A stretch of DNA of 64,000 bases from a marine actinobacterium MedAcidi-G3 (GTDB lineage: Bacteria > Actinomycetota > Acidimicrobiia > Acidimicrobiales > Poriferisodalaceae). The stretch spans positions 109,095 to 173,094 of the forward strand of contig JUEP01000001.1 of assembly GCA_000817105.1 (NCBI GenBank), given 5' to 3'. A program made the translations under genes and the position numbers. This document shows, piece after piece, positions 47,684 through 57,055 of this stretch (its first letter is position 1; every line of letters begins with the position of its first letter). The notes beneath the pieces were generated by a model. That model made no database searches. It was given only the letters and a program-made list of their open reading frames with translations, and was not told the origin of the DNA.

Positions 47684-49414
47684 TTGGCACCCAAGGAGAA
47701 TGAGGGTTCTTTGACTGAAAATGATCTCGATGCCTCTGCGCTCAAGAGTAACTACATCAGAGACCTGATCGCCGTAGACACTGCTTCGGGACGCTTCGGC
47801 GGGAAAGTGCAGACTCGGTTCCCTCCTGAACCAAACGGATTTCTACACATTGGGCATGCCAAAGCTATATGCCTCGACTTCGCGATAGCGGCCGAGAACC
47901 ATGGTGTATGTAACTTGCGGTTCGATGACACCAACCCGGCTACTGAGGACGTCAGTTACGTGGACGCGATAGTTGAGGACCTCGCTTGGCTCGGATTTGA
48001 GCCTGCCGCCACCTTCCACAGTTCCGACTACTTCGAACAGCTTTATGACTGGGCAGAGCTTCTAATCACTAAAAACCTCGCTTATGTCGATGACCAAAGC
48101 CCCGACCTAATCGCTGATCAGCGGGGAGGCTTCGGGCAACCTGGCGTGGACAGTCCCTTCCGCTCTCGGCCGATAACAGAGAACCTCGAGCTATTCCGAA
48201 AGATGCGAGCAGGAGAGTGTGCTGAAGGCAGCCGGGTATTGCGCGCCAAAATAGACATGCAACATGAAAATATGCAGATGAGGGACCCCGTGATGTACCG
48301 CATCAGAGGTGAATCCCACTACCGAACCGGTGGCGATTGGCCGATTTACCCAACCTACGACTGGGCTCACGGGCAGGGTGATGCCATCGAAGGAGTTACG
48401 CACTCACTCTGCACGCTTGAATTTTCTGACAACAGGGAGCTTTACGATTGGTATCTCGCGCAACTGCCCCTTCCGGGACCGGCGCCTTACCAAACAGAAT
48501 TCGCGCGTCTTGAACTCACACACACAGTGACCTCGAAGCGGCAACTAAAGGAGCTTGTAACAGCTGGAGTCGTAGATGGCTGGGAGGACCCCCGACTTCC
48601 AACCCTTCGGGCTCTGAGACGTCGCGGATACCCGGCGAGCTCCATTCGAGATTTTTGCAGCTTCATAGGCGTTGCGAGGACCAACGCTCGCCATGACATA
48701 GAGCTTCTTGAATCCTTCGTTCGAACGGATCTAAACCGCTCTTCTTTGCGACGGATGGCCGTTCTCAGACCTCTCAAACTGGTAATCACCAACTGGCCGA
48801 CAGACACCTCGGGAGCACCGGCGTCGGATTTTCGGACACTCACCAACAACCCTGAAAACGAAGGCGACGGAACGAGAACGGTCCCCTTCGGTAAAGAACT
48901 GTGGATCGAACATGACGACTTCAAAATGGAGCCGCCGCCAAAGTACTTCAGGCTGTCCCCAGGTCGCGAAGTCCGATTGCGTGGCGGTTACCTGATCACA
49001 TGCACAGGAGCACTACTTGACGACGATGGGACACCACTGGAAGTCCACTGCACATATGACCCACTAACTGCAGGGGGCGCGGCGCCAGACGGTCGCAAAG
49101 TCAAGGCAACAATTCATTGGGTCGAGGCGAAGACCGCTGTCGATGCAACGGTTGCTCTTTACGACCGGCTATTCACAACAAAAGTTCCCGGTGACGCAAC
49201 AGGTAATCCGCTGGACGACCTGAACGAACACTCTCGCGAGTTGTTAGAAGGCTGCAAGCTAGAGCCTGCACTAAGAGAGACGGTGCCCGGAGAGGTAGTG
49301 CAATTTGAACGTCTTGGCTATTTCGCCACTGATGCTGATGATCCATTGCTATTCCATAGAACCGTAGGTCTTCGAGACGAGTGGGCGAAACTCGAGAAGC
49401 GAGCCAAGGGATAA
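47684..49414 (+). CDS. glnS: Glutamine--tRNA ligase
   Basis: TRFPPEPNGFLHIGHAK, RFDDTNP, YPTYDWAH, HSLCTLEF, TSKR, W.DPRLPT, QFERLGYF. Confidence 0.96.
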   Translation: MAPKENEGSLTENDLDASALKSNYIRDLIAVDTASGRFGGKVQTRFPPEPNGFLHIGHAKAICLDFAIAAENHGVCNLRFDDTNPATEDVSYVDAIVEDLAWLGFEPAATFHSSDYFEQLYDWAELLITKNLAYVDDQSPDLIADQRGGFGQPGVDSPFRSRPITENLELFRKMRAGECAEGSRVLRAKIDMQHENMQMRDPVMYRIRGESHYRTGGDWPIYPTYDWAHGQGDAIEGVTHSLCTLEFSDNRELYDWYLAQLPLPGPAPYQTEFARLELTHTVTSKRQLKELVTAGVVDGWEDPRLPTLRALRRRGYPASSIRDFCSFIGVARTNARHDIELLESFVRTDLNRSSLRRMAVLRPLKLVITNWPTDTSGAPASDFRTLTNNPENEGDGTRTVPFGKELWIEHDDFKMEPPPKYFRLSPGREVRLRGGYLITCTGALLDDDGTPLEVHCTYDPLTAGGAAPDGRKVKATIHWVEAKTAVDATVALYDRLFTTKVPGDATGNPLDDLNEHSRELLEGCKLEPALRETVPGEVVQFERLGYFATDADDPLLFHRTVGLRDEWAKLEKRAKG

Positions 49415-49418
49415 TGCT

Positions 49419-50174
49419 ATGAAAGCCGGAGAGCCGTCCAAAGTCGCCATTGTTACTGGCGGGGGTACTGGCGTAGGCGCGGCCAGCGCCATAGCACTGG
49501 ACAAACAAGGCTGGTCAGTTGTCATCTGTGGCCGGCGCCGAGAGTTGCTTGAGGATGTCGGAAATCAGTTGGAGAACCCCTGCTTAGTATTAGCTCTCGA
49601 TTTGGCAGTACCGGAAGCGGTCGAGAGCTTGTTTGCCTCCACCGTTACCGAGTTTGAACGTGTCGATCTGTTGTTCAATAACGCCGGGATTGGTGCTCCG
49701 CCTGTTCCTATCGAGGAACTTCCCGTCTCATCGTGGTTGGAAGTCGTTGGAGTCAACCTGACGGCTACGTGGCTCTGTTCGAGGGCTGCCTTTAGGCAGA
49801 TGAAGAACCAAAGCCCTACGGGCGGCAGAATCATCAATAATGGCTCGGTGTCGGCCCAAACCCCGCGTCCGTTTTCAAGCCCCTACACAGCAACTAAGCA
49901 TGCAATAACAGGACTCACGAAGGCCCTTTCACTAGAAGGCCGGGACTGCGGCATTACCGTCGGTCAGATAGATATCGGAAACGCTCTAACTCCGTTGACT
50001 AATCAAATATCCGAGGGCGCACTCCAGGCTGATGGAACCGTTCGAGGTGAAAGCACCATGGATGTAGAGCATGTAGCTGAGGCAATCGTTCTACTTGCTG
50101 AGCTACCTCAAGATGTGAATGTGCCGCAAATGACGATCATGGCGAACGATATGCCGCTTATGGGACGCGGCTGA
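49419..50174 (+). CDS. SDR-family oxidoreductase
   Basis: TGGGTGVG, NNAG, YTATKH. Confidence 0.92.
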   Translation: MKAGEPSKVAIVTGGGTGVGAASAIALDKQGWSVVICGRRRELLEDVGNQLENPCLVLALDLAVPEAVESLFASTVTEFERVDLLFNNAGIGAPPVPIEELPVSSWLEVVGVNLTATWLCSRAAFRQMKNQSPTGGRIINNGSVSAQTPRPFSSPYTATKHAITGLTKALSLEGRDCGITVGQIDIGNALTPLTNQISEGALQADGTVRGESTMDVEHVAEAIVLLAELPQDVNVPQMTIMANDMPLMGRG

Positions 50175-50184
50175 CTGCAGACCG

Positions 50185-50469
50185 TCACCCTTCAACGATA
50201 TACAGAGACCCGACGCTTGCGGATTGCCTTATTGGTCGGGCCTCTTCATATTCAGGACTGTTGTACCAGGCGTTAGCAGCCTCGACCGAGTCAAAAGAAA
50301 TTACGACTGTTCTTGGAGCGGGCTCATCCCCTTCCAGGGAGGACCAAGGGCCTCCTCGCACAAGATAAGTGCCGCCATATGCACCCACTGTCGCAGATGC
50401 TTTCTCTTTGTACTTTGCGTATAGGCCCTCGTCGGTGACCTCGCCTTGAAAAAATACGTATGCAGCCAT
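50185..50469 (-). CDS. DUF1330 domain protein
   Basis: YGG.YLVRGG...LEG, F.S..AA.AWYNSPEY. Confidence 0.9.
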   Translation of the reverse strand: MAAYVFFQGEVTDEGLYAKYKEKASATVGAYGGTYLVRGGPWSSLEGDEPAPRTVVISFDSVEAANAWYNSPEYEEARPIRQSASVGSLYIVEG

Positions 50470-50479
50470 CAGGCGAAGA

Positions 50480-51271
50480 CTAGCGGTCAAGGGGCCCAGT
50501 GATCGCCGAGATTGCGAAGGATTGGCTGCCCGTGGCCAGCAGCGAACCGGCCTCCGAGTAGATCTCAACCCGACCATGCCCCACGCTATTTCTGACGGCG
50601 TCAGCTTCGATTCGAATCAGAACCCAATCACTAAGATCAGTGGAGGCGATCCGTACAGCATGATCCAAACTCGAGCCTCTGAATCCTTTATCAAGACTCA
50701 CGCGCATGCCGCTAGGAATGAGGTCGGCGAGAGCGATCAATCCGACTGTCGATGAAGCAACACCACGATTCAGCTTGGCCCAGTAACACACCACGGGTTC
50801 ACCAGATTTCTGTCCCGCTAGCCGGATGTCGGCCTGATCCGTAAAGGAATAACCGGATTCCGAAGTCGGTTGACGCCTAGGACACTCGTTAGGTGGAGGC
50901 ACATCGGGAATGTTTCGCCATACTCGATCAATCCCAAGGTCGTGACCGCCGAGCGCAGCCGAAGCACGAAGAACGACGCCACCTTCGTTTACAACTGATG
51001 CAGCAGCTTGCGTGACACGGTTTCCAACGGCTAGCTCCTCGACCTCAACTAGTACCTCAGAGCCAATTGGTGCTCGAGCAAGATATTGGCCCGCTATGTA
51101 GAGAATCGGCCTCCCAGTCACTGCTTCCATCCCAGCTGCAGCTGCCGCCAGGCCGCAACCACCATGAAGAGTTCCTGTCGCACCCGCTACTTCGGAGGTC
51201 ACTGTCATCTGCCAGCGAAGCCGATCCGTTGTCGATTTGAGTTGAATAAAGTTTCCCGCTGGATCGGTCAT
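50480..51271 (-). CDS. Acyl-CoA thioesterase (double hotdog)
   Basis: LHGG, SSLDH..R, G.LLATGSQ. Confidence 0.82.
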   Translation of the reverse strand: MTDPAGNFIQLKSTTDRLRWQMTVTSEVAGATGTLHGGCGLAAAAAGMEAVTGRPILYIAGQYLARAPIGSEVLVEVEELAVGNRVTQAAASVVNEGGVVLRASAALGGHDLGIDRVWRNIPDVPPPNECPRRQPTSESGYSFTDQADIRLAGQKSGEPVVCYWAKLNRGVASSTVGLIALADLIPSGMRVSLDKGFRGSSLDHAVRIASTDLSDWVLIRIEADAVRNSVGHGRVEIYSEAGSLLATGSQSFAISAITGPLDR

Positions 51272-51337
51272 TTCAGAATGTTCACTCACAGAACAGTTAA
51301 GTCTCAATTATTACAAGTCAGGTTTAGCCAAAGGGAT

Positions 51338-51907
51338 CTAAGGCGACCAGGGTGCGTCCTGTCCGACTTCATAGTGATCGGGTCGAATCCCAAACGCTTC
51401 GATCATTCGTTGCCACCCACTGCCCACTGCCAAGAGCGCACCTAGTCTCAGGATTTCGATGGAGGAAAAGTGGGCGGCTAGGTGAGTATGTAAATCATCG
51501 GGAATTGGGCCCTTCGGGCTGCCAGCCAAGTGGTCGCTCAAGGCTAGGGCTGCTTTCCAAGCATCTGGGAGATTCGAATTCTCATAGTCATCAAGCTTTT
51601 GGATCACCTCATCGGTAAGACCGGTGCGCACCAACGATGCGCTCTTAACCAAGCTTCAGTGGAAACACTCATTGACGTTCGCCATCCGAATCCGACAAAG
51701 TTCGATCATCTGTGTGTCGAGACCAGATGAACCTCCATACATTAATCCGACCCAACTAAGGAACATGTCTAGGGTCATTTCGTCATTTGCAAGTGTCCGA
51801 AACAAGTTGTCGTCCTCGTAGGCCTTCTCGTACCACTTGTCTAAACGACTCGAATTAGTTTCAGAGAGCTCACTCGCCTTGGGCAGGTGTCCTAAGTTGT
51901 TTGCCAT
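51338..51907 (-). CDS. AhpD/carboxymuconolactone-decarboxylase-like selenoprotein (189 aa; in-frame UGA at 51656-51658, CxxU)
   Basis: ORFs 51656..51907 and 51338..51652 are in frame: ELCRIRMANVNE-CFH-U-SLVKS; AhpD-like C-terminal half (KAALAL.D, L.AHFS..EI..L); hairpin after UGA; RBS GGGGAG. Confidence 0.85.
51614..51650 (-). promoter_or_regulatory. Candidate SECIS element of AhpD-like gene
   Basis: mRNA GGUUAAGA-GCGCAUC-GUU-GGUGCGC-ACCGG-UCUUACC; G-first loop 20 nt after UGA, two stacked stems. Confidence 0.7.
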
Positions 51908-52091
51908 CTCTCCCCCAGAATCTTCAGCGTGTTACTTGCTCGAACCTGGCGCCTAACCACCAAGAAGTCTCGCCATTTGCCGATTCACACACAACGAGTG
52001 CACTTGATGATAGAGGCTCTTTCCGACGCAGGCTTCCATTGAAGTGCATAGTCTCTTAGCTATCCACACAAACACACGTTAACGAGGTGTC

Positions 52092-53180
52092 ATGAAGGCA
52101 GCAGTTTTATGCGAACAACCCGGTGACTTAATCATCGAAGACCTCGTAATGGATAAGCCCGGTCCTCAGGAGGTTCTAATACAGACGGTCGGAGCTGGCT
52201 TATGTCACTCTGACCTCCACTTCATGGAAGGTCTTTTCCGGAGCAAGTTGCCATCTGTGATGGGCCACGAGTCTGCCGGCATTGTTCAGGCGGTAGGCAG
52301 GGACGTTAGCTACGTGAAGCCAGGAGACCCCGTAGTGGCGTGCCTCTCAATTTTCTGCGGCCAATGCAAACAATGCCTTTCAGGAAATCCTCACCGCTGC
52401 ACAAATGGCCGTGCTACGTCTCGGGGTCGCGAAGATTCTCCTCGCCTTCAACGGGCTGATGGCACACCGGTCGACCAAATGGCTCGTTTAGGTGGTTTCG
52501 CCGAGGAAATGCTGGTTCACCAAAATGGGGTCGTTAAGGTTACTCCCGATATACCCCTAGAAAAAGCATGCTTAATCGGGTGTGGCGTCACGACTGGATT
52601 TGGGGCAGCTGTTCGAACTGCCGCAGTACCAGTAGGTGCGACTGTCTGCGTGATCGGCTGCGGGGGAATCGGACTGTCCGCCATTCAGGGTTCGCGAGTA
52701 GCCGGCGCCGGTCGGATAATCGCCGTTGACATGAACCCAGAAAGTCTTGAGGCTGCGCGCCTGATGGGTGCTACCGACACCGTAAATGCTGGAGAAGTCG
52801 ACAGCGTGGTAGATGCGGTAAGGGACCTAACAAAGGGTGGCGTGGAATACAGCTTTGAGGCCATAGGCCTTAAAGAAACCGCCGAGCAAGCGTTCGAAAT
52901 GCTGGAAATCGGTGGTACAGCAACTGTGATCGGCATGGTTCCATCTAATACAAAAGTTGAAATACGAGGAATCGACCTTCTTAGCGAAAAGAAACTACAG
53001 GGCTCAATGATGGGTTCTAATCAGTTCCGAACCGACATACCTCAGATGATCGACCTGTACCTAAATGGACGGCTGTATCTGGATGAAATGGTTTCTGCGA
53101 CGATTTCGCTGGAGGAAGTCAACGAGGGCTACAACTGGATGCGGGAAGGAACAGTCGCTCGCACCGTTATCACCTTTTAA
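52092..53180 (+). CDS. Zn-dependent alcohol dehydrogenase (class III-like)
   Basis: GLCHSD, GHE.AG, CGQC.QC...C, GCGVTTG.GA, GCGGIG. Confidence 0.93.
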   Translation: MKAAVLCEQPGDLIIEDLVMDKPGPQEVLIQTVGAGLCHSDLHFMEGLFRSKLPSVMGHESAGIVQAVGRDVSYVKPGDPVVACLSIFCGQCKQCLSGNPHRCTNGRATSRGREDSPRLQRADGTPVDQMARLGGFAEEMLVHQNGVVKVTPDIPLEKACLIGCGVTTGFGAAVRTAAVPVGATVCVIGCGGIGLSAIQGSRVAGAGRIIAVDMNPESLEAARLMGATDTVNAGEVDSVVDAVRDLTKGGVEYSFEAIGLKETAEQAFEMLEIGGTATVIGMVPSNTKVEIRGIDLLSEKKLQGSMMGSNQFRTDIPQMIDLYLNGRLYLDEMVSATISLEEVNEGYNWMREGTVARTVITF

Positions 53181-53192
53181 CGGGCGATGTCC

Positions 53193-54302
53193 TCAACTAA
53201 GTAGAAGATCGACATCGGCTTCGGACATTCCCGCTCGTTGGCCGCTATTTCGAAGCTGATTGATCGTTACTGGGTCAACTTCGAAGCCTTCAGCTCTTTG
53301 CTCTCGAGCTAGGTCTTCCGGTTGCCCCGGGACCAGGACCCGGTCGCAGTCCGAACGAAGAGGTGAGTTCAACACAAAGTCCCTGAACTGTTCTATCTCA
53401 TCTAGATAGCTCTCGGCATCGCCAAGAGCACCTGGATCTAAGACGACTGAGAGCATGCTGTTAATAATTCGACCGTCACGGGCGTTCTTAGGGTGTGCCG
53501 TCTCGCCGCCCAAAAGTGCCGCCCCGAGAAGCTCACACATAATCGCCAAACCCGAACCTTTGTGGTCCCCGAATGCGACCAGGGCACCGCCGCGCTTACC
53601 AGAGGGATCCGTATACCAGAAGGCATTCGGGTCATCAGTGAGGTTGCCGTCGACATCGATGATCGTGTTTGGAGGCACCCTTACACCCTTGTTAGCCGCA
53701 ACACGAGCCTTGCCTCCTGCAATAATACTGGTCGCCATATCTAGCATGAAGCCAGGCCGTCCATTTCGACCAGGAACTGCCGCGCAGAACGGGTTGGTAC
53801 CGAAACGAGCCTCGGCGCCACCGTATGCGGCCACTAGAGGTTCGTGGCCAATGACATTAACTAAATGAAGGGAGGCGTAACCACTTGCAGCGCACTGTTC
53901 GGCCCAATGGCCAATGCGGCCAATGTGATAGCTATTACGTAAGCCCACGACCGCAACCCCATACTCGCTTGCCCGATCGGTCGCTGCCTGCATCGCCTCG
54001 AAGCCATTTACCTGCCCAAACCCAGCGTTTCCATCGAAAGTAACAAGAGCACCATTGTCCACAACTACAGTCGGATGGCTATTGATGCGCAATCGACCGT
54101 TCACAACGCCGTCAACATAAGACGGCAGCATTCCTACGCCATGCGAGTCATGTCCCGCCAAATTAGCTTCTACTAACTGGTCAGCGACCAGACCCGCCTC
54201 ACGCGGCAAACTACCCATTGCCTCGCAACATTGGGTAACAAAATCGTGTAGTTGGCTAGGTTGAAATTTCGGCACACCTCGACTGTAGTCTGCAACAGCC
54301 AT
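53193..54302 (-). CDS. Ldh_2-family (malate/L-lactate/hydroxycarboxylate) dehydrogenase
   Basis: GHDSHG, HIGRIG, FGTNP, LDMATS, HKGSGL. Confidence 0.9.
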   Translation of the reverse strand: MAVADYSRGVPKFQPSQLHDFVTQCCEAMGSLPREAGLVADQLVEANLAGHDSHGVGMLPSYVDGVVNGRLRINSHPTVVVDNGALVTFDGNAGFGQVNGFEAMQAATDRASEYGVAVVGLRNSYHIGRIGHWAEQCAASGYASLHLVNVIGHEPLVAAYGGAEARFGTNPFCAAVPGRNGRPGFMLDMATSIIAGGKARVAANKGVRVPPNTIIDVDGNLTDDPNAFWYTDPSGKRGGALVAFGDHKGSGLAIMCELLGAALLGGETAHPKNARDGRIINSMLSVVLDPGALGDAESYLDEIEQFRDFVLNSPLRSDCDRVLVPGQPEDLAREQRAEGFEVDPVTINQLRNSGQRAGMSEADVDLLLS

Positions 54303-54406
54303 CTACTGATCACTGCTTCCGGAAGGTGTCTCCGCTCTAAACTTCAAGCACGGAAGAAGACAAACTACTGCTCGTCTAGCAGACGCCGCCGAGCCTCATA
54401 CCTTGA

Positions 54407-54514
54407 CTATTCGTCTGCCTTAGATTTTGCTCTCGCCTTTCGGCTCTGAAGCCATGGTATGAAGCCACACGACGCGACTGCCAGGACTACGACGACGAAC
54501 AATAACGTTGACAC
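54407..54514 (-). CDS. Putative 35-aa single-pass membrane protein
   Basis: AGGGAG RBS 7 nt before GTG; MSTLLFVVVVLAVASCGFIPWLQSRKARAKSKADE (hydrophobic helix plus basic tail); same strand as neighbours. Confidence 0.5.
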   Translation of the reverse strand: MSTLLFVVVVLAVASCGFIPWLQSRKARAKSKADE

Positions 54515-54568
54515 TGGACTACTCCCTGCTTGTCTCCATAGCTTTCTAGCAAATCTTCGGCGGCGCCT

Positions 54569-55465
54569 CTAGCCGAAGATTTGCGTTCCTTCTAAATAGC
54601 CTGGCTCGATAATCTCTACGGCCGGATGGACCGCCTTAACGGCGGCGTTAATGGGATCAGTATTGGTAGGAATGGAAAAGCCTGGAAGCCAGTTGTCATG
54701 GTGTCCGTAGATAACTTTCTTAGGTTTCATTACTTCGACCTGACCTGCAACAAATTGTGCGAGCGATCCTTGGATCGGCTCACCATCAATATTTCCCCGT
54801 CCGGCGGCAGCCAGTATCGCTACATCCGGCTTTAGGGCTGGAATAGTTCCCGAATAGTATCCACTCGTGTCTTGATAAAAGACGCTCCCTTCGGGGGTCT
54901 GGATTAGGTATGTCAGTGCGCCTCCATCACCTCGATCGCTATGACCCGGCTGCGATTCCTTCAAATGGGTCCGTGTAGCCTCGGTCGTGTCGGTCGCCAG
55001 GTATTGCATCAAATCGAGGAAACGTTCCTGCTGCTGATGCCAGTGAACACCGAGGTCACCTAAGCAAACTACGTCAGGCTCATCCATTTGTGAGTGGGAC
55101 CAAACGCACGAGTGCTGACTTGGGTGAACTGAAACGCTGACACCAGCTGCAAGGTCAATGGTCTCTCCGCCTGAAACACAAATCATGCGATCTAACGGAA
55201 TACCGAGAGTCTCCATCACTCTTACTGACTCGTAGGAGCCGATCATGATTGCCTGGGTATTCTGGAGAATACGTTCAGCGCCCCACAGGTGATCAAAATG
55301 ACTGTGGCCAACCAAAATGTAGTCAGCCTCGGTAATGTCCGAAGCAGTTAATCCGGTTCCCTCTGCATCTTCGGACCGGTCGATGTAAGCATCGAGAAAT
55401 ATTGTCAATCCAGAAGTACGTAGCGAGAATGTAGCGCAGCCATACCAGTCCAAATAAGTAGCCAT
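54569..55465 (-). CDS. MBL-fold metallo-hydrolase
   Basis: HSHFDH motif, later H, D and HHD ligands. Confidence 0.88.
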   Translation of the reverse strand: MATYLDWYGCATFSLRTSGLTIFLDAYIDRSEDAEGTGLTASDITEADYILVGHSHFDHLWGAERILQNTQAIMIGSYESVRVMETLGIPLDRMICVSGGETIDLAAGVSVSVHPSQHSCVWSHSQMDEPDVVCLGDLGVHWHQQQERFLDLMQYLATDTTEATRTHLKESQPGHSDRGDGGALTYLIQTPEGSVFYQDTSGYYSGTIPALKPDVAILAAAGRGNIDGEPIQGSLAQFVAGQVEVMKPKKVIYGHHDNWLPGFSIPTNTDPINAAVKAVHPAVEIIEPGYLEGTQIFG

Positions 55466-55496
55466 CTATGAAACCTAGACCAATCTTGAGTTCCGA

Positions 55497-56276
55497 GTGA
55501 TAACCGCGGACAACGGTCTGACGCGCTGCGAGAAGAACGTCATCATCGGTTTACTAGCAACGATGCTGCTCGCCTCTTGCACCCTGTGGGGCTGCGGTCA
55601 GCGGGAAGACGCTACTCGTGTATTCGTCGCATCGTCTATGACCGATTTCATCGAGGAGTTAATAGCCGTTGATGGCCAAAACGGCTCAGCTAACGCCACG
55701 GACGTGAACATAGCGGGCAGCGGGACCCTCCTACTTCAAATTAATGAGGGCGCTCGCGCCGACGTAGTTATCTTGGCCGGGGCAGAATACATGGAAGAGC
55801 TAAATCGAACCGGCGATTTTCATCCGCCAACGGAGTTCGCTATGACCAAGCTATCGATCGTCATTGCCCCAGATCTGAAGGACAAAGACCTAACCGTTCG
55901 CGACTTGTGGTCAGGAAAGTTCCAAGGGGCGATGTGTGTCTTGTCGGCACCGTGCGGTCAGCTGGCTAGCCAATATGCCGCCTCACAAAATCTCGACATG
56001 GCTGACCTATCACTCGAGCCGAACGTAAGAGCCGTTCTAGCTAAAATCGAACGTGGGGAGGTCGATTTTGGTTTTGTCTACCACACAGACTTGTTGTCAA
56101 GCACGGCCGGAGTCGCCGAAGTACAAGGGAGCGGAGCTAGCAAATTTTCAACAAGCTACTCATTTGCCGTATCCAACAATTTGAAACACAGTGCACAAGC
56201 ACAGAGTTTGACTAACGCAATCACTGGCGAAGTTGGGCAGAGAATATTGGAAGAGCTTGGATTCAACCAGCCGTGA
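55497..56276 (+). CDS. modA: Molybdate ABC transporter substrate-binding lipoprotein
   Basis: ASS, AGSG.L..QI.EGA.ADV, PCG, NVRAVL.K, VY.TD; lipobox-like Cys. Confidence 0.9.
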   Translation: MITADNGLTRCEKNVIIGLLATMLLASCTLWGCGQREDATRVFVASSMTDFIEELIAVDGQNGSANATDVNIAGSGTLLLQINEGARADVVILAGAEYMEELNRTGDFHPPTEFAMTKLSIVIAPDLKDKDLTVRDLWSGKFQGAMCVLSAPCGQLASQYAASQNLDMADLSLEPNVRAVLAKIERGEVDFGFVYHTDLLSSTAGVAEVQGSGASKFSTSYSFAVSNNLKHSAQAQSLTNAITGEVGQRILEELGFNQP

Positions 56277-57055
56277 TGAATCGGCTACCCATCGGCGTGC
56301 GCATCCTCGCGGTTCTAAGCTTCGGCTTTGTCTCACTGCCCTTGCTGTCACTACTGTGGCGAGTTCCATGGCCGAGGCTTTGGACGCTAGTCGCTAGCGA
56401 CACTGTGACGGACGCTCTCTTTCTTTCACTGACGTCAAGTGTCTTCGCAGCACTTCTAGCCCTGGCGCTTGGTGTCCCGTTGGCCTTGCAACTCTCCAAG
56501 ATGAGTGGCTTCGCCGCTTCTATAGCGAGGGCAGTAGTTGTGTTACCTATGATCTTGCCCCCAGTGGTCGGCGGCGCTGCCCTCCTTTTCGCCTTTGGGC
56601 GCAATGGTTTGGTTGGATCCTTGGTAGCCGACGTGAGTGGTGTCGTCCTGCCGTACAGCATCAGTGGCGTCGTGCTAGCGAATACGTTTGTTGCACTTCC
56701 ATTCGTGGTAATCACAGTTGAAGGTGCGTTAAGAGCAATTGACCCCAGATACGCCCTAGCAGCATCAACACTGCGGGCAAACAGCTCTGCCATAACCTTT
56801 CGAGTCGTTCTCCCCATGGTGCGCCCTGCTGTTATAGCAGGCGGCTTTATAGCCTGGGCCCGAGCCCTCGGAGAATTCGGCGCCACGATAACATTTGCAG
56901 GCAACATACAAGGCAAGACCCAGACACTGCCTTTAGCGGTTTTCGTCGCTCTCGAATCCGACCGAGAGGCCGCTCTCGCGATGAGTGTCTTACTTATTTC
57001 TGTCTCACTAATCGTTTTAATTTCTCTTCGAGAACGGTGGTGGCCTGTTAGATGA
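56273..57055 (+). CDS. modB: Molybdate ABC transporter permease
   Basis: LP..LPPVVGG, WARALGEFGATITFAGN..G.TQTLPL. Confidence 0.95.
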   Translation: MMNRLPIGVRILAVLSFGFVSLPLLSLLWRVPWPRLWTLVASDTVTDALFLSLTSSVFAALLALALGVPLALQLSKMSGFAASIARAVVVLPMILPPVVGGAALLFAFGRNGLVGSLVADVSGVVLPYSISGVVLANTFVALPFVVITVEGALRAIDPRYALAASTLRANSSAITFRVVLPMVRPAVIAGGFIAWARALGEFGATITFAGNIQGKTQTLPLAVFVALESDREAALAMSVLLISVSLIVLISLRERWWPVR

